From: a virus
Taxonomy: Duplodnaviria; Caudoviricetes
Reading direction: 5' to 3' (one strand)
IMG/VR virus record: IMGVR_UViG_3300021399_000003
Location: 32,001-96,000 of that record
DNA: 64,000 nucleotides
In this document: positions 9,622-20,923 of the stretch, one piece after another
Position numbering within the stretch: position 1 is the first letter of the stretch
How the letters are laid out: each line of letters opens with the position of its first letter
Made by a program: the position numbers and the translations under genes
Notes under the pieces: model-generated
Told to the model about the DNA's origin: nothing
Seen by the model: the letters and a program-made list of their open reading frames with translations, nothing else
The model's database searches: none

Positions 9622-11389
9622 ATTTATTTTCATCCTTTAAAAGTTCATAATCATCAACAAACACTTGAATTGATGTGCGGCCAGCGAAAGTGTTTAGATT
9701 TGCACGCCCATAAACCGTAAGCTTATCCATTCTATTATTCATAACGGCATCAACAAAATCCATATCCTTAAATCTTACATAATCAACACCATTACAAGAA
9801 ATCTTCATACTATCCTTATTCGCGCCCATAGTCATAACATTTGAAAGTGTAATGTTTTTAATTACAAATTTAATTTCATCTATATGATTACCGAAAAACT
9901 CTGGGTGTGAAGCTAACACCGTGAGTAGCTCAGTATTATTATCGCCAGCATCAAGAATATAATCCACGGTATAACACTTTTTAAAATCATCATCATTAAG
10001 AACTGTGTTACTATAATTTAATAACCGCTCATCTAATGTAGCATTAATTCCAAAGCCTGCCGCGGCATCGTGTCCAGCGACATAATTCATTAGATTACTT
10101 TCTTCAAGAAACTGCTTAAAACTGGGCAGACCAGCAAAATTTCCGCTGCTACGAATACTTCCATTGATTTCACCTTTATCATTGCGGCGACCAATCATAA
10201 CTGGCTTATTATATTTATTTACAATAGCCATTGCGACTAGTCCAGTTAGTTCAGGCGGAATATTATCTTCTGGTTCAATTTCTACTAAAATAATATTATT
10301 GCTTGCCAAATCATTCTTTTGAATTTTGAAATCAATTAAGTCAATGGCCTTTTCTTTTAACTTATCTTGGCGGGCCTTTGCGTTTTTACCTACACGCGCG
10401 GTTTGCTCTGCGGCAGTCTCTGTGTCTCCTGGTCTTGCACCACGCTTCGTGCTTGGAAGGACTCTATCTGGTTCTACAAAGCAGTAGAACATTGCTTCTT
10501 TTTCTTTCATTGATCCAACACGAGTTAGAGCATTGATTAAAGGAGCGATATAAAAGGCAATATCAATGGGAGTTAAACCGCTCCATGGAAAAGTAGCTTT
10601 TTCTTTTAAGGAATATGATTGTGATGCCAGTAAAGTTTGAAAGCCCTTATTTTGAATATTAGAAAGACCTTCAAGCATAAGATAGTTAGTTTCAGCTGTT
10701 GTCCTATCCATAACATCAGCGATTTCTCCAAGAGCAACTAAATCCATATATTCTTGTGCTTGATGAATGCCGAGAATTTCATCCAGCACCTCACAAAACT
10801 TATATACTACACCCGCACCACAAAGAGATTTATTTTCATAATGTGGAGAAAGCTGATTATTTACTATTACTGTATTTGTAGCAGTAGAAATAACAGGATT
10901 GCCATCAGTATCATAAAGTTGTTCGTGATGGTCTAGCACAAGACAGTCAATATTTAAGTCTGCTAATCGTGCGTGTTCTTCTACATCATAACTCGCGGAA
11001 TCTGGACAAATGACTAAATCAATATCATTTAAAGTTTCTAACCAATCAATCTTGTCATCTAGACCATGCTGCTTATGCTCATGTAGCGTAAAATTAAGAT
11101 TAGCCTTTGGAAAAATATGCTTAATATAAAGCCATAAAATTGAGGAAGAAGTAAAGCCATCGCAGTCTGAATCTACGATAAACATAATTTTACTATCAGC
11201 GCGCAAATGCCGTAAGAGCATATCTGCGGCTAAATCAATATTTTCAAGTCCATATGGATCTAATTCGCATTTTGAAGTTGGATATAAAAAATTTTCAATA
11301 TCTTTTACGCCACGATCAATTAGAATTTCTTGAAGCGCGTAGTCTGGATTCATTGTATAATAATTTCTTAGTCTGTAAATCATAAACAT
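9611..11389 (-). CDS. recJ: RecJ-like DHH single-stranded DNA exonuclease
   Basis: DSDCDG, DHH, GAGV, ADVM, GSIR, GHDAAAG. Confidence 0.9.
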   Translation of the reverse strand: MFMIYRLRNYYTMNPDYALQEILIDRGVKDIENFLYPTSKCELDPYGLENIDLAADMLLRHLRADSKIMFIVDSDCDGFTSSSILWLYIKHIFPKANLNFTLHEHKQHGLDDKIDWLETLNDIDLVICPDSASYDVEEHARLADLNIDCLVLDHHEQLYDTDGNPVISTATNTVIVNNQLSPHYENKSLCGAGVVYKFCEVLDEILGIHQAQEYMDLVALGEIADVMDRTTAETNYLMLEGLSNIQNKGFQTLLASQSYSLKEKATFPWSGLTPIDIAFYIAPLINALTRVGSMKEKEAMFYCFVEPDRVLPSTKRGARPGDTETAAEQTARVGKNAKARQDKLKEKAIDLIDFKIQKNDLASNNIILVEIEPEDNIPPELTGLVAMAIVNKYNKPVMIGRRNDKGEINGSIRSSGNFAGLPSFKQFLEESNLMNYVAGHDAAAGFGINATLDERLLNYSNTVLNDDDFKKCYTVDYILDAGDNNTELLTVLASHPEFFGNHIDEIKFVIKNITLSNVMTMGANKDSMKISCNGVDYVRFKDMDFVDAVMNNRMDKLTVYGRANLNTFAGRTSIQVFVDDYELLKDENKYDF

Positions 11390-11394
11390 TACTC

Positions 11395-12519
11395 CTATCT
11401 TACTTTTACTCTTGTTTTATATAAATGTTCAAAAACTTCTTTTCCTTTATCAAATGGAGAATCTTTTTCCTCCAATACATTATCATAATCCCATATGTAA
11501 GAAAAAACAGCCTGGTTGCTATATTTACGGCACATAGATATTATTCGTTCTTTATATTTTCTGGCTTTTTCGGTTCTCCAATCTGTGTACTCTTTATCTA
11601 AAGCAATAATGATTTCATTTGCGCCAAGAACATTAGTTAATAAACTAATGTGATATTTATTAAAGGTGGAACCGCAGCAGGCAACACAATTACTTAAATC
11701 TCCATAATACCCATCATCTAGTAATACTGATTTTTCAGCTTCTGCTATAATGGCTTGTCGCCGCATTTTAATTCCATTTTGATGCTCATGTATACCATAC
11801 AAATTGAATTGCAACGGATGAGCGTAAGTTATTCTACCGATTTGTAATGGCCTGTATTTGCCATATGCTTCAGCTTCTTTTTTATCTAATGTACGCCCGC
11901 GAATACCAACTAATCTTCCATTTATATCAAAGTGCGGAATAATGATTTTATTTTGTCCCAGTGAAAATCCAATATGAAATTTATCCATAGCTTCTGGAGT
12001 TATTCCATCCCGCAGCCAAGTTGGATGATAATAATGTGTGAAGTAAGATAAAACTTCTTTAGGATATTCATCAAGAATGGGAATGTTATTATTAAATTGA
12101 TATTTGTTTAAATCTAATTCATAATTATATGATACTTTGTTTGTATTTATAACAATGTGTTTTAAACATTGTTTTACATATTCTTCAGCCTCTTCTATTG
12201 TAACTGGATAATGATTTAATGCCATATATTTTTGATATAATCCAAATATAGACATTGCTTCATTACATTCAGTATAGCATCTAAATATTTTATTATTTTG
12301 ATACCAATATAATTTCATAGATTCAGCTTCATTGATAGGATTATGACAAATTGTTGGACATACAAGATATTGTTTATCTTCATTCACCGTAATCTGTGTT
12401 ACTCCAAGACTTTCAAGAAAATTCTTTACATCATGAAGTGTAATTGAATCTACAATATCTTTTTTACTTGCTATTGCTAAATCAAGTTCACTATCTTGAT
12501 TTTGTAATGTCGTTAGCAA
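11395..12519 (-). CDS. DNA primase (Zn finger + TOPRIM)
   Basis: CPTICHN..FRCYTEC; IIPHFD..GIRGR; EAEKS; ALDKE; between helicase and RecJ. Confidence 0.85.
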   Translation of the reverse strand: MLTTLQNQDSELDLAIASKKDIVDSITLHDVKNFLESLGVTQITVNEDKQYLVCPTICHNPINEAESMKLYWYQNNKIFRCYTECNEAMSIFGLYQKYMALNHYPVTIEEAEEYVKQCLKHIVINTNKVSYNYELDLNKYQFNNNIPILDEYPKEVLSYFTHYYHPTWLRDGITPEAMDKFHIGFSLGQNKIIIPHFDINGRLVGIRGRTLDKKEAEAYGKYRPLQIGRITYAHPLQFNLYGIHEHQNGIKMRRQAIIAEAEKSVLLDDGYYGDLSNCVACCGSTFNKYHISLLTNVLGANEIIIALDKEYTDWRTEKARKYKERIISMCRKYSNQAVFSYIWDYDNVLEEKDSPFDKGKEVFEHLYKTRVKVR

Positions 12520-14139
12520 TTATGTTTCCTCCTTTATCATTTCGCGCCAATCACCTATCATTTCTTCTATTACCGTTTGGAATGTATCCGTTTTCCATTC
12601 TATTGGTGAATTATTTGAAGAAGTCATAAATAAATCTACTCTTCTTCCAGTGCCAAGATGGATGTGTGACCAGATTCTTATACCACGATAACGTCCACGA
12701 CGCATCTTATAAATATCTATAATATGAGTTGGACGATAATCAGGATTTTCTAGATATATTGCATCAATAATTCCTTCTCTTACATATGGTCTTAATTTTG
12801 GAATTAAATCATCCCACATTTTCGTATCTACTCTACTCATTACGCAACCCATATCGCATTTATCTGCTACTGCTTTTGAACCACGAATACAAGATTCATC
12901 TTTAAATTCTCCATCACTTTCCATGCCTTTCGCATTTACCTGCGTAGCAGAAAAAATAAAAACATTATAATCCTTTGCGATTTGCTTTAATTGATTTGCC
13001 ATCATCATAAGAATAACATCTTCGCGCAAACCATTTTTCGCAAACTGATTCATCATGCTCGCGGTTGAATGAATGTAATCAAAGAATACATATTTTACTC
13101 CATCTACTGTTGCATACTTTTTTATTGTCGCTTCAACATTTACAAGATTCGGTTCACTAATTTCCTCAATTAAAAAATAGCCTTGATATTCCTGCATTAT
13201 TGTCGCCGCAAACTTGACTCGTTGTAATTCTCCTGGTTCATATCTACCAGTAAGAATATGCGCTTCATCTACACCAGATAAATATGCTAACATCATTGTT
13301 TGAATTTCTTCAACATCCATCTCTGTGACAATAAATAAAACTTTACGAGGTTGTCGTGGTTCATCAAAATTTATTTCATGAATAAATGTTCCTTTTTCAT
13401 GCGACCATCTTTTTGGATATGCTAAACGACACGCATCAAAAACTGATGTTCTACTTTTACCAGCATTTGTGCTTGCGGATTTCAAAAAGAAACAACCTTC
13501 TCGCGCGCCACGACAAGCTGAACTAAAAATATCTCCTTCAAGATCAGGACCTATATTTGGAGTTTTTTGTAAATTATCAATAAGTTCAAAAATACTATTC
13601 GCGGGGTCACCATTTCTTTTTGTCCCATTAACAAAATCATTTCTAATTTCGTTAAATTTTCCCTCGACTTCTGCTAAAATATCATCAAGACTAGAATCTT
13701 CGCAATGTTTTTGAACTTCACTCGCTTTTAATGGGTCATCTACATCTTTATCATCTATATAAAAATTACTAATATCATAATGTGCTTTCTTTAATTGATA
13801 AAGTAATGAATACTTTTTTAATCGGTTATAATACATTTGAAAATTGCTTGGTTCAGCAAATTCATATGCATTTTTTAAATATTCTAAACCGCCATTACTA
13901 AAATATTGTGTCGCGGCCGCAGTACCTTTTTGATTTTCAAATTCCTTATCTACTTCATATACACTTAAACTTTTTGCTCCTGCTTCGTACATACCTCGTA
14001 TTACTAGAAAGCAGGCTCTATCAACTTTTGCTTCTACAAAGTCATAAGGATTTATATCTGGATATTCTATAAACAAAAGAAGATTATGCATTAAACTTCC
14101 TACTATCTGACGATATGCCGTCTTATCTGATAGTGTCAT
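12520..14139 (-). CDS. DnaB-like replicative helicase
   Basis: Walker A ASTNAGKS, FIVTEM, FFDYI, ATQVN, KMRRG. Confidence 0.88.
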   Translation of the reverse strand: MTLSDKTAYRQIVGSLMHNLLLFIEYPDINPYDFVEAKVDRACFLVIRGMYEAGAKSLSVYEVDKEFENQKGTAAATQYFSNGGLEYLKNAYEFAEPSNFQMYYNRLKKYSLLYQLKKAHYDISNFYIDDKDVDDPLKASEVQKHCEDSSLDDILAEVEGKFNEIRNDFVNGTKRNGDPANSIFELIDNLQKTPNIGPDLEGDIFSSACRGAREGCFFLKSASTNAGKSRTSVFDACRLAYPKRWSHEKGTFIHEINFDEPRQPRKVLFIVTEMDVEEIQTMMLAYLSGVDEAHILTGRYEPGELQRVKFAATIMQEYQGYFLIEEISEPNLVNVEATIKKYATVDGVKYVFFDYIHSTASMMNQFAKNGLREDVILMMMANQLKQIAKDYNVFIFSATQVNAKGMESDGEFKDESCIRGSKAVADKCDMGCVMSRVDTKMWDDLIPKLRPYVREGIIDAIYLENPDYRPTHIIDIYKMRRGRYRGIRIWSHIHLGTGRRVDLFMTSSNNSPIEWKTDTFQTVIEEMIGDWREMIKEET

Positions 14140-14151
14140 TTACATCTCTCC

Positions 14152-14661
14152 TTAATCATCAAAAAAATCATCAAGACTCCAATTTTTCTTTCCAACTGTA
14201 GAAGTGTTTTCTTTGATTTTTACCATTCGTGGCTTAACTGTTGAGTTCATACTTTCTGCAAAAGCACTAGCCAGCTTATTTTGTTCATATTCTTGACGTC
14301 GCTTATATTTCATCATCTTCTCAACTGTTGGCGGATTAACTAAACATAGAGACTCTGATAATTTTTGTGCTTTTTCTACTAAATAAATATAATTTAAACA
14401 ATCAATAATTATTTGATCGGTATAGCCATAAGTATCCATAAGACGCTTGCGTTCAGCCCATATACGAGGCCCTGGCGCCTTTAATCCAAAAATATTACAA
14501 ACACTTTCTGAAAACTTATCACGTGATTGTTGTTCTTTTAGACAATTCGGACAATATTTATGAAATGTAGTTGAACGTGGACTAGCATATTCTACTAGCT
14601 CATTTCGTAAAAATTGTTGCTTACACTTAAAACATTGTAATGTTGCTTTTGCCATAATCAT
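14152..14661 (-). CDS. Zn-finger replication-associated hypothetical protein
   Basis: CFKC..CPNC; directly upstream of the helicase. Confidence 0.65.
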   Translation of the reverse strand: MIMAKATLQCFKCKQQFLRNELVEYASPRSTTFHKYCPNCLKEQQSRDKFSESVCNIFGLKAPGPRIWAERKRLMDTYGYTDQIIIDCLNYIYLVEKAQKLSESLCLVNPPTVEKMMKYKRRQEYEQNKLASAFAESMNSTVKPRMVKIKENTSTVGKKNWSLDDFFDD

Positions 14662-14731
14662 CCCTCCTACTATTTAGTATATCACAGATTTGAAAAAAAG
14701 TCAATAAAAAAAGACCTATACAGGTCTTTTC

Positions 14732-15736
14732 TTATTCCATAATTTCTTTCATTTCATCTATGAATAACTCAACAAGGTCGCTTTGCGAGGGAACTGCTTG
14801 ACTAAGCTTAAACGTTTCTGTGCCAAACACACGCTTGATAATATCTTTAGCAATATTAAAGTGTTGCTCTTTTGCTTCGTCTGTTTCAGCTTCATTAATA
14901 TACGCTTGCCAAATTGCCTTGGCTTCTTCCATAATTTCATTAAATGGACGAGCCTTAATTTGCGCGATAACTGTATGGTCAGTTACTTCTGCTCCATCCT
15001 TTTCAACAGCTTGGTCAATTGCATCACCAATCGCATCAACCAATTCTTGATAACCAAACTTAATCTTTGGCGCCAAGTATTGATAACGACTGCCCGCAAA
15101 TACTGTCGGTGTAGAGCGTGTGTATAGATAGCGTTCAGAAGTGCCGTCATTATTCATCTGAACTTGTAAATATCCAATAATATCTACAATACTGTTTACA
15201 ATTTGATAGCACTGATTCGGCAAGTCAGGCGCTACCGCGGTGATTTCATTACCCTCTTCATCGCGCATTTCGGTTGGCTTTTCCTTACTATGCGCGATAA
15301 ATAAAATACCAAAACCAAGAAGTGTAATTTCACGCCAGCATTCAGAGAACTCATTTCGTAGCATACCCCAGCCTTGGCCCCAAGGAATTTCTCGGATGGA
15401 ATCAACACTTTCACGCTGACAAATATACTTCTCACAAAGTTGCCATGCGATAGAAGCGGTATCTACTACAATACTATCATACATTTCACGTGCCTGTGGC
15501 TTACGTAGTTGTGTAAGAACCTTGCGGAAATCACTCCAACGAAGAATAGGAACACTACGAATACCAGCTAAGGCATTAGTGCCTTGCTCAAAATTTAGAA
15601 ATAGTGAGCGAGGTAATTGCGAGCCAAATGTGGATTTACCCGTTTTAGGCTGCCCATAAATAAGTAAAAACTTTCCTTTTAGGTCGCGGGAAATCTTACT
15701 TGGTTCAAGAGAGAAAATATCAATATCGTTTGCCAT
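14732..15736 (-). CDS. AAA_24/Sak4-like ATPase (single-strand annealing/recombination)
   Basis: YGQPKTGKST, VVDT, FIAH; next to SSB. Confidence 0.8.
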   Translation of the reverse strand: MANDIDIFSLEPSKISRDLKGKFLLIYGQPKTGKSTFGSQLPRSLFLNFEQGTNALAGIRSVPILRWSDFRKVLTQLRKPQAREMYDSIVVDTASIAWQLCEKYICQRESVDSIREIPWGQGWGMLRNEFSECWREITLLGFGILFIAHSKEKPTEMRDEEGNEITAVAPDLPNQCYQIVNSIVDIIGYLQVQMNNDGTSERYLYTRSTPTVFAGSRYQYLAPKIKFGYQELVDAIGDAIDQAVEKDGAEVTDHTVIAQIKARPFNEIMEEAKAIWQAYINEAETDEAKEQHFNIAKDIIKRVFGTETFKLSQAVPSQSDLVELFIDEMKEIME

Positions 15737-15776
15737 ATGCTATCCCTCCTTAGAAAATGAGAATAAGGTTTTCACC

Positions 15777-16682
15777 TTATTCCCAATCATAGGACTTAGC
15801 AGCCTTGGCTGGCTCCTTAGCCGCCTTTGGAGCATTACCCTTCTTGGCATCAATCTGTAGCTGTTCAATCATTGCCTTACGGACATTGAACGCCTTCTTG
15901 ATGTCAGTCTTATCATAGGCAAACTCTTCCTCATAAGGTTCATCACTGCCCTTGGTAATGACTAGCTGACGTACCGTGCGAGTTGTAGTCTCGGGTACAT
16001 CCTCACCCCAAGAGCTTTCAGTAGCCTTTGGCTTATCTTCAATAGAAGTAACACGAATACGACCGCGAACCTCTACAGTGTCATCAATATTCCAGTTGCG
16101 CTCAATGTAATCAATAGTATCGGGATTCTCAACTACAAACTCAATCACATCTAGCTTACCCTGATACTGAACAATTGCGCCCTTGATGATTAGCTTGCCA
16201 GTCTCTTCACCCTCACGGTCAACCTCTGGCTTCATATCCATGATATAAATATCAATAATGAAAGAAGCTACATCTGCGGTCGCACCAGAGTTAATGAAGC
16301 TAGTATTAATCTGCCAGCCATGAATTAGCTGACCGCTATTACGAGAAACAAAGTTATTCTCGCGTAGATTCGCGCCAGAAATACGAACAGTATCGGCATT
16401 ATCAATGCCAACCATCTGTGCGGTCTTCATTTCGGCTAGATTCTCAATCTGAGTATAACCCGGATTTAGCTTATTTTGCTGAGTATATTGTGCAGCGAAC
16501 ATACTGACTGGGATTTCACTAGTCTCTTCGCGCCCGCCATAAGTCTGAGTTACACGAATTGTAAGATTCGCACGCTTATACTTGCGGCCATCACTTAATG
16601 TGCCATCGTTAATTACTGCGTCTAGTAGCTTGCCAACAACATTAATTTTGTTATTTGCTTGTGTCATAATATCCTTGCTCAT
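15777..16682 (-). CDS. Single-stranded DNA-binding protein (putative, two OB folds)
   Basis: NKINVVGKL OB-type start, acidic/aromatic C-terminus YDWE, high-expression codon bias. Confidence 0.7.
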   Translation of the reverse strand: MSKDIMTQANNKINVVGKLLDAVINDGTLSDGRKYKRANLTIRVTQTYGGREETSEIPVSMFAAQYTQQNKLNPGYTQIENLAEMKTAQMVGIDNADTVRISGANLRENNFVSRNSGQLIHGWQINTSFINSGATADVASFIIDIYIMDMKPEVDREGEETGKLIIKGAIVQYQGKLDVIEFVVENPDTIDYIERNWNIDDTVEVRGRIRVTSIEDKPKATESSWGEDVPETTTRTVRQLVITKGSDEPYEEEFAYDKTDIKKAFNVRKAMIEQLQIDAKKGNAPKAAKEPAKAAKSYDWE

Positions 16683-16790
16683 ATTACATTTCTCCTTATC
16701 TTTTCTTTACATTTATTATATCATAATTTTTATATGTTGTCAAGATAAAACTAAGGCGATTCCACGAGGGAATCGCCCTCATTTATTCTA

Positions 16791-17150
16791 TTAGGCGTTC
16801 TCCTTGGCAGCCTTAGCAGCAGCGCGCTCAGCGGCCTTACGCTCCTTCTCAGCAGCTTTAGCCGCCTGCTTGGCCTCTTCCTCAGCTACTGGGTCATAGG
16901 CTAGACCAGCCTCAGTTAGTGTCTCATGACGAACAGTCTTAACCTTTGCCTTGCGAGTCTCGGTAGCATCTTCAACAACCTTCTCTTCTAGACGCTCAGT
17001 AACATAGCCCTTCTTAACTAGGCCATTAATGGAACCGGTAACGGCGGGAATGGAAATACCTAGGGTCTCTGCAATCTCATTCTTGGTAAACTCCTGGCCA
17101 AAGTGCTTCTTAAGAAAATTTAATACTAACTCTGAGTTGGGTGTGATCAT
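16791..17150 (-). CDS. Winged-HTH DNA-binding protein with Ala/Lys-rich tail
   Basis: TKNEIAETLGISIPAVTGSINGLVKKGYV. Confidence 0.75.
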   Translation of the reverse strand: MITPNSELVLNFLKKHFGQEFTKNEIAETLGISIPAVTGSINGLVKKGYVTERLEEKVVEDATETRKAKVKTVRHETLTEAGLAYDPVAEEEAKQAAKAAEKERKAAERAAAKAAKENA

Positions 17151-17258
17151 AAAACATCAATCTCCTTTATTAAATAATTATTTTTATATTTGTAAGCGGC
17201 AGGAATTTTACTCCTTTTCCTCTTTACAATCTTATTATATCAGATTTTTATATAAAAG

Positions 17259-17948
17259 TCAAATATTAGTTAAGTATTTTGCTACTGTTTGACGAGAAAT
17301 TTTTAATTCTTTTCCTATTTCATTTAAAGTATATCCCTGTTGTCGAAGTTCACGGGCTCTTGTTTTATTATTTTCTCGTTGATTTGTTGTTAATAAATCA
17401 GGTCGTAGTCGCTGTAAAACTCTATTTATTGTAGTTGTTCCACAATTTAAAATACTTGCTATTAATACAGTGCCGTATCCAGCCTCTTTCATTTCACAAA
17501 TTAAAGCATCTTTAGCGTGAGCAGTATTTAAATTATGATTTTTTAAAATATCAACTACTGTTTCTCTACTACATTTTAATTCTTGACAAATTTCAAAAAT
17601 CTTTTTATTTTGTTGCCGTAATATTAAAACTTGTTTTTCAATGCCCTCATTTAATCGTTTATTGCCACAACCACCTAATGTAGAATTATAACCATTATAA
17701 TAACTATTATAATAATTAATCCAATACATTTCTCTTTCATCTAATAAAGAATCTGAAACTTCTTCTATTAAAAAAACATGAAACTTTTCTTGGCCTATTA
17801 AATGAATAGCATTATAAAATTTATTTTTAATATTATTATTAGAATTATATAAATGTTGTTTAAAACGAGTTTCAATAGATAACGTAGTTTGACCAATATA
17901 AACCTTGTCATTCACATCATTTGTGATTTTATAAATATATCCCATCAT
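17259..17948 (-). CDS. GIY-YIG homing endonuclease with C-terminal HTH repeats
   Basis: GYIYKITN..VYIGQT..R, GYNSTLGG. Confidence 0.9.
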   Translation of the reverse strand: MMGYIYKITNDVNDKVYIGQTTLSIETRFKQHLYNSNNNIKNKFYNAIHLIGQEKFHVFLIEEVSDSLLDEREMYWINYYNSYYNGYNSTLGGCGNKRLNEGIEKQVLILRQQNKKIFEICQELKCSRETVVDILKNHNLNTAHAKDALICEMKEAGYGTVLIASILNCGTTTINRVLQRLRPDLLTTNQRENNKTRARELRQQGYTLNEIGKELKISRQTVAKYLTNI

Positions 17949-17951
17949 AAT

Positions 17952-18034
17952 CCCTCCCAGGATATTGATTATATAAGAGGCTTGTGTGGGAGCACATTAT
18001 CTCAAAGAGTAGCTAATTCTTTGCTTCCCTCTTA
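17952..18034 (-). promoter_or_regulatory. Structured endonuclease-gene leader, copy 2
   Basis: AAGAGG/CCTCTT; CAAAGA-ATTAGCTAC-TCTTTG; AGATAA; TGTG-CTCCCA-CACA; loop pairs with RBS TGGGAG. Confidence 0.75.
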
Positions 18035-18072
18035 CTATAATAATTATATTATAAATTTAGAAAAAAGTCAAA

Positions 18073-18474
18073 TTATTCAGAATCTTCTTCATTTAATTCT
18101 ATATCTTCCTTAATTTCAAATAAATTTTCTGCGAGTTCTGCAGTTTCAGAAGCGTCAGCATTATTAATTTGATCTAGCTTAGGAATGATATCAATCTTAT
18201 ATCCTTGTAGGGCTTTTTGCTCACTCTTAATACGGGCATCTAGTTGATTGGTGACAATAATCGCACCAACAAGTAAACGAGCATAATCAGCCTTATCTAA
18301 TGCCTCGTCAGTTCCTAGCTTATCATGTAAATTAAGGAAATCATTTCGCATTGTTTCTGCGGTTTGATAGCCTTTTTCTTCGTTATTCTTCTTATGCTCT
18401 TCCATTACTTGTTCTGCTAGGTTAGCAGTAGTCTGAGCAATCAAAGTAAATAATTCTACATATCTCTTATCCAT
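18073..18474 (-). CDS. Hypothetical helical protein
   Basis: ORF with RBS GGAG. Confidence 0.7.
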   Translation of the reverse strand: MDKRYVELFTLIAQTTANLAEQVMEEHKKNNEEKGYQTAETMRNDFLNLHDKLGTDEALDKADYARLLVGAIIVTNQLDARIKSEQKALQGYKIDIIPKLDQINNADASETAELAENLFEIKEDIELNEEDSE

Positions 18475-18486
18475 ATTATTTCTCCA

Positions 18487-20874
18487 TTACATAATTTCAA
18501 TTCCACTTTCTACTCCGCGCGCATCAATAATGCGAATTCCACTAGTTACGCGGTTTTGAATGGGAATAGAATCAACATTTAATAAAACCGCTTTATTATT
18601 GGTAGTAATAAATATCTTTTCTTGTGTTTCGGGCACAGCAAATACTGTTGCTAAAGTTTCTATCTTTAAATCCATTACTTGTGGGCCTTTAATCGCGCGA
18701 CTAGTCATATTGAAATCTTCTATCCTAGTAATTTTACCTTTACCAGTAGTAGTAATAGTTAAAAGACCACGATAGTTTATGTCTTTCTTTACTAGGGTCG
18801 CCGCACAAATAGTTTCAGTTGTTCCTAACTTAATGGCCTTAACGCCCTTAGTCATTCTTCCAGTAGTAGAAACCTCGCCAATTTCATAGAAGTTATAATT
18901 ACCAGCACTACCCGTAATAAAAATCTTGTCTTCATCGTTCATAGAAAGATATACTCCGACAAGCCTATCGTCAGTATCTAGCTTCATTACAGCAGTGCCC
19001 TTCTTAGCCCGCACATTATATTCACGAGTAACTGTCTTTTTAATATAACCTTTCTTACTTATGGTTACTAAATTATGATATGCATTGAAGGAAGTTGTAT
19101 CTATTAGTAGCAGGACTTTTTCATTATCTTGTAGAACAATTAGTTCATAAACAGAATAGTCCTTTCCATAATCTAAATCAGCCAAAGAAAAATTATACAT
19201 ACGACCAGCATTGGTGAATGCGGCAACAACTCCAAGGTTGGTTGTATACAAAGTATTGATTAGGTTCGCACCCTTCGGAGGCTTAATATTTACACCCTTT
19301 CGCCCACGTTTTCCACCCTGTAAATCTTCTTTCTTAACAAGACGCAACATATTGTTATCAAATAACATTACGCCGACTTCTTCTTCTTGAATTTGCTGTT
19401 CCTCGTTATCTTCATTCTCTACAATATTTAAAATCTTAGTACGACGAGCGTCGCCATATTTATCAGCCACTATCTGTAGTATTTTAATTAGTTCATTGTT
19501 CAAAGCGGTAGTATCAGATAATAAGTGGCGATACTCCTCTATTTTTCTTTTAAGTTCTTCTAGTTCATCATTTAATTTGATAGCATCTATTTTTGTTAAT
19601 GAAGAAAGCTTCATAGCGAGAATTGCCTTTGTTTGTTCTTCATTAAACTTAAAACGAGCAATAAGTTTTTCAGATGCTTCTGCTGGATTTTGAGAAGAGC
19701 GAATAATCGCGACAACTTCATCAATAGAGGCCGCCGCAAGAATAAGTCCTTCTACTACATTTTCGCGTGCGAGTGCTTTATCTAAATCAAATTGAATAAT
19801 GTTGCGCTTACATTCACGAATGTGGGTTATGTAGGCATCACATGCTTCGCGCCAACCAAATACTTTTGGAAAGCGTCCATTATCCAGTAGAATCATATTA
19901 ATAGCATACCAATTCTCAAGTCTTGTATCCTTGTAAAGCTTGGCTATCATTCGCTTTGGATTTGCGCCTTTTGAAAGATAAATACGAATATCGGCTATTT
20001 TCTTGGTATGGTCTACAACTCGTTCTATTCCATAACTTTCATTTTCATTTGTAAGGGCGGCTAGCTGGTCAATAATAGTGTTTGTAAAGACACCATAAGG
20101 TAGTTCAGTAGCCTGAATCATATGCTGGTCGGGGAAATATTCAAGTTTTGCCTTTAAACGAATAGATTCGCCCTTACCGTTTTTTAAGCTTTCGCGCACC
20201 GCTTTAGCATTTGTAATTGTTCCACCTGTTGCGAAATCAGGAGCACAATAAATTTCATTAAAACTTACATTGGGATTCTGAATAATTTTGATTAGTGCCT
20301 CGTTGACTTCGCGCAGATTGAATTGAGGAACTGACGTGGCCATTGCAACCGCAATACCAGAACATCCATTTACAATATTCCAAAATCCAATAGAAGGCAA
20401 TACAGAAGGAATCATTTCTGTATCGTCATAATTAGAATACCATTGTTCTCCGATAGCGTTTTTCTTTAAACCAGCAAAGAAATAATCTGCCATTTCACCA
20501 GCACGCATTTCAACATAACGTGCGGCCGCATGGCTATCTGGGGAAGATGGATTGCCATAGTTGCCTTGAACTTCTTCAATCGGATAACGATATGACCACG
20601 GACGAGCGGTTCGTATGAAAGTATCATACATTGCTACATCACCATGGACATATGACTGAGCCATTGCCGCGGCAACAGACTTTTGTGCTTTCTGAAATTT
20701 ATCTTTATGTGTTATCTTATTAGAAAATTGAGCGTACAATCCTTGACGTAAGCCAATCTTTAGAAAATCCCTAGCATCCGGTATTGCACGTTCCTGTGCC
20801 ACCGAAGCGGCGTAAGTCAAGAAAGCTCCTTCAATTTGTTTTTGAAAATCAGTTTCGTAAATCAAATTGTTCAC
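18487..20874 (-). CDS. gyrA: Type IIA topoisomerase, gyrase A-like subunit
   Basis: RAIPDARD, YVHGD, AAARY catalytic Tyr, GIAVAMAT, C-terminal pinwheel repeats. Confidence 0.92.
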   Translation of the reverse strand: MNNLIYETDFQKQIEGAFLTYAASVAQERAIPDARDFLKIGLRQGLYAQFSNKITHKDKFQKAQKSVAAAMAQSYVHGDVAMYDTFIRTARPWSYRYPIEEVQGNYGNPSSPDSHAAARYVEMRAGEMADYFFAGLKKNAIGEQWYSNYDDTEMIPSVLPSIGFWNIVNGCSGIAVAMATSVPQFNLREVNEALIKIIQNPNVSFNEIYCAPDFATGGTITNAKAVRESLKNGKGESIRLKAKLEYFPDQHMIQATELPYGVFTNTIIDQLAALTNENESYGIERVVDHTKKIADIRIYLSKGANPKRMIAKLYKDTRLENWYAINMILLDNGRFPKVFGWREACDAYITHIRECKRNIIQFDLDKALARENVVEGLILAAASIDEVVAIIRSSQNPAEASEKLIARFKFNEEQTKAILAMKLSSLTKIDAIKLNDELEELKRKIEEYRHLLSDTTALNNELIKILQIVADKYGDARRTKILNIVENEDNEEQQIQEEEVGVMLFDNNMLRLVKKEDLQGGKRGRKGVNIKPPKGANLINTLYTTNLGVVAAFTNAGRMYNFSLADLDYGKDYSVYELIVLQDNEKVLLLIDTTSFNAYHNLVTISKKGYIKKTVTREYNVRAKKGTAVMKLDTDDRLVGVYLSMNDEDKIFITGSAGNYNFYEIGEVSTTGRMTKGVKAIKLGTTETICAATLVKKDINYRGLLTITTTGKGKITRIEDFNMTSRAIKGPQVMDLKIETLATVFAVPETQEKIFITTNNKAVLLNVDSIPIQNRVTSGIRIIDARGVESGIEIM

Positions 20875-20923
20875 TTCCTTTTCTTATTTATTATATTATA
20901 GCATAATTTTAAAGAGAAGTCAA

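Noticed and set aside
1829-14139. Inteins or introns in RNR, DnaE and the helicase
   Set aside because: Reading frames are continuous, lengths are normal and no splice-junction motifs were seen.
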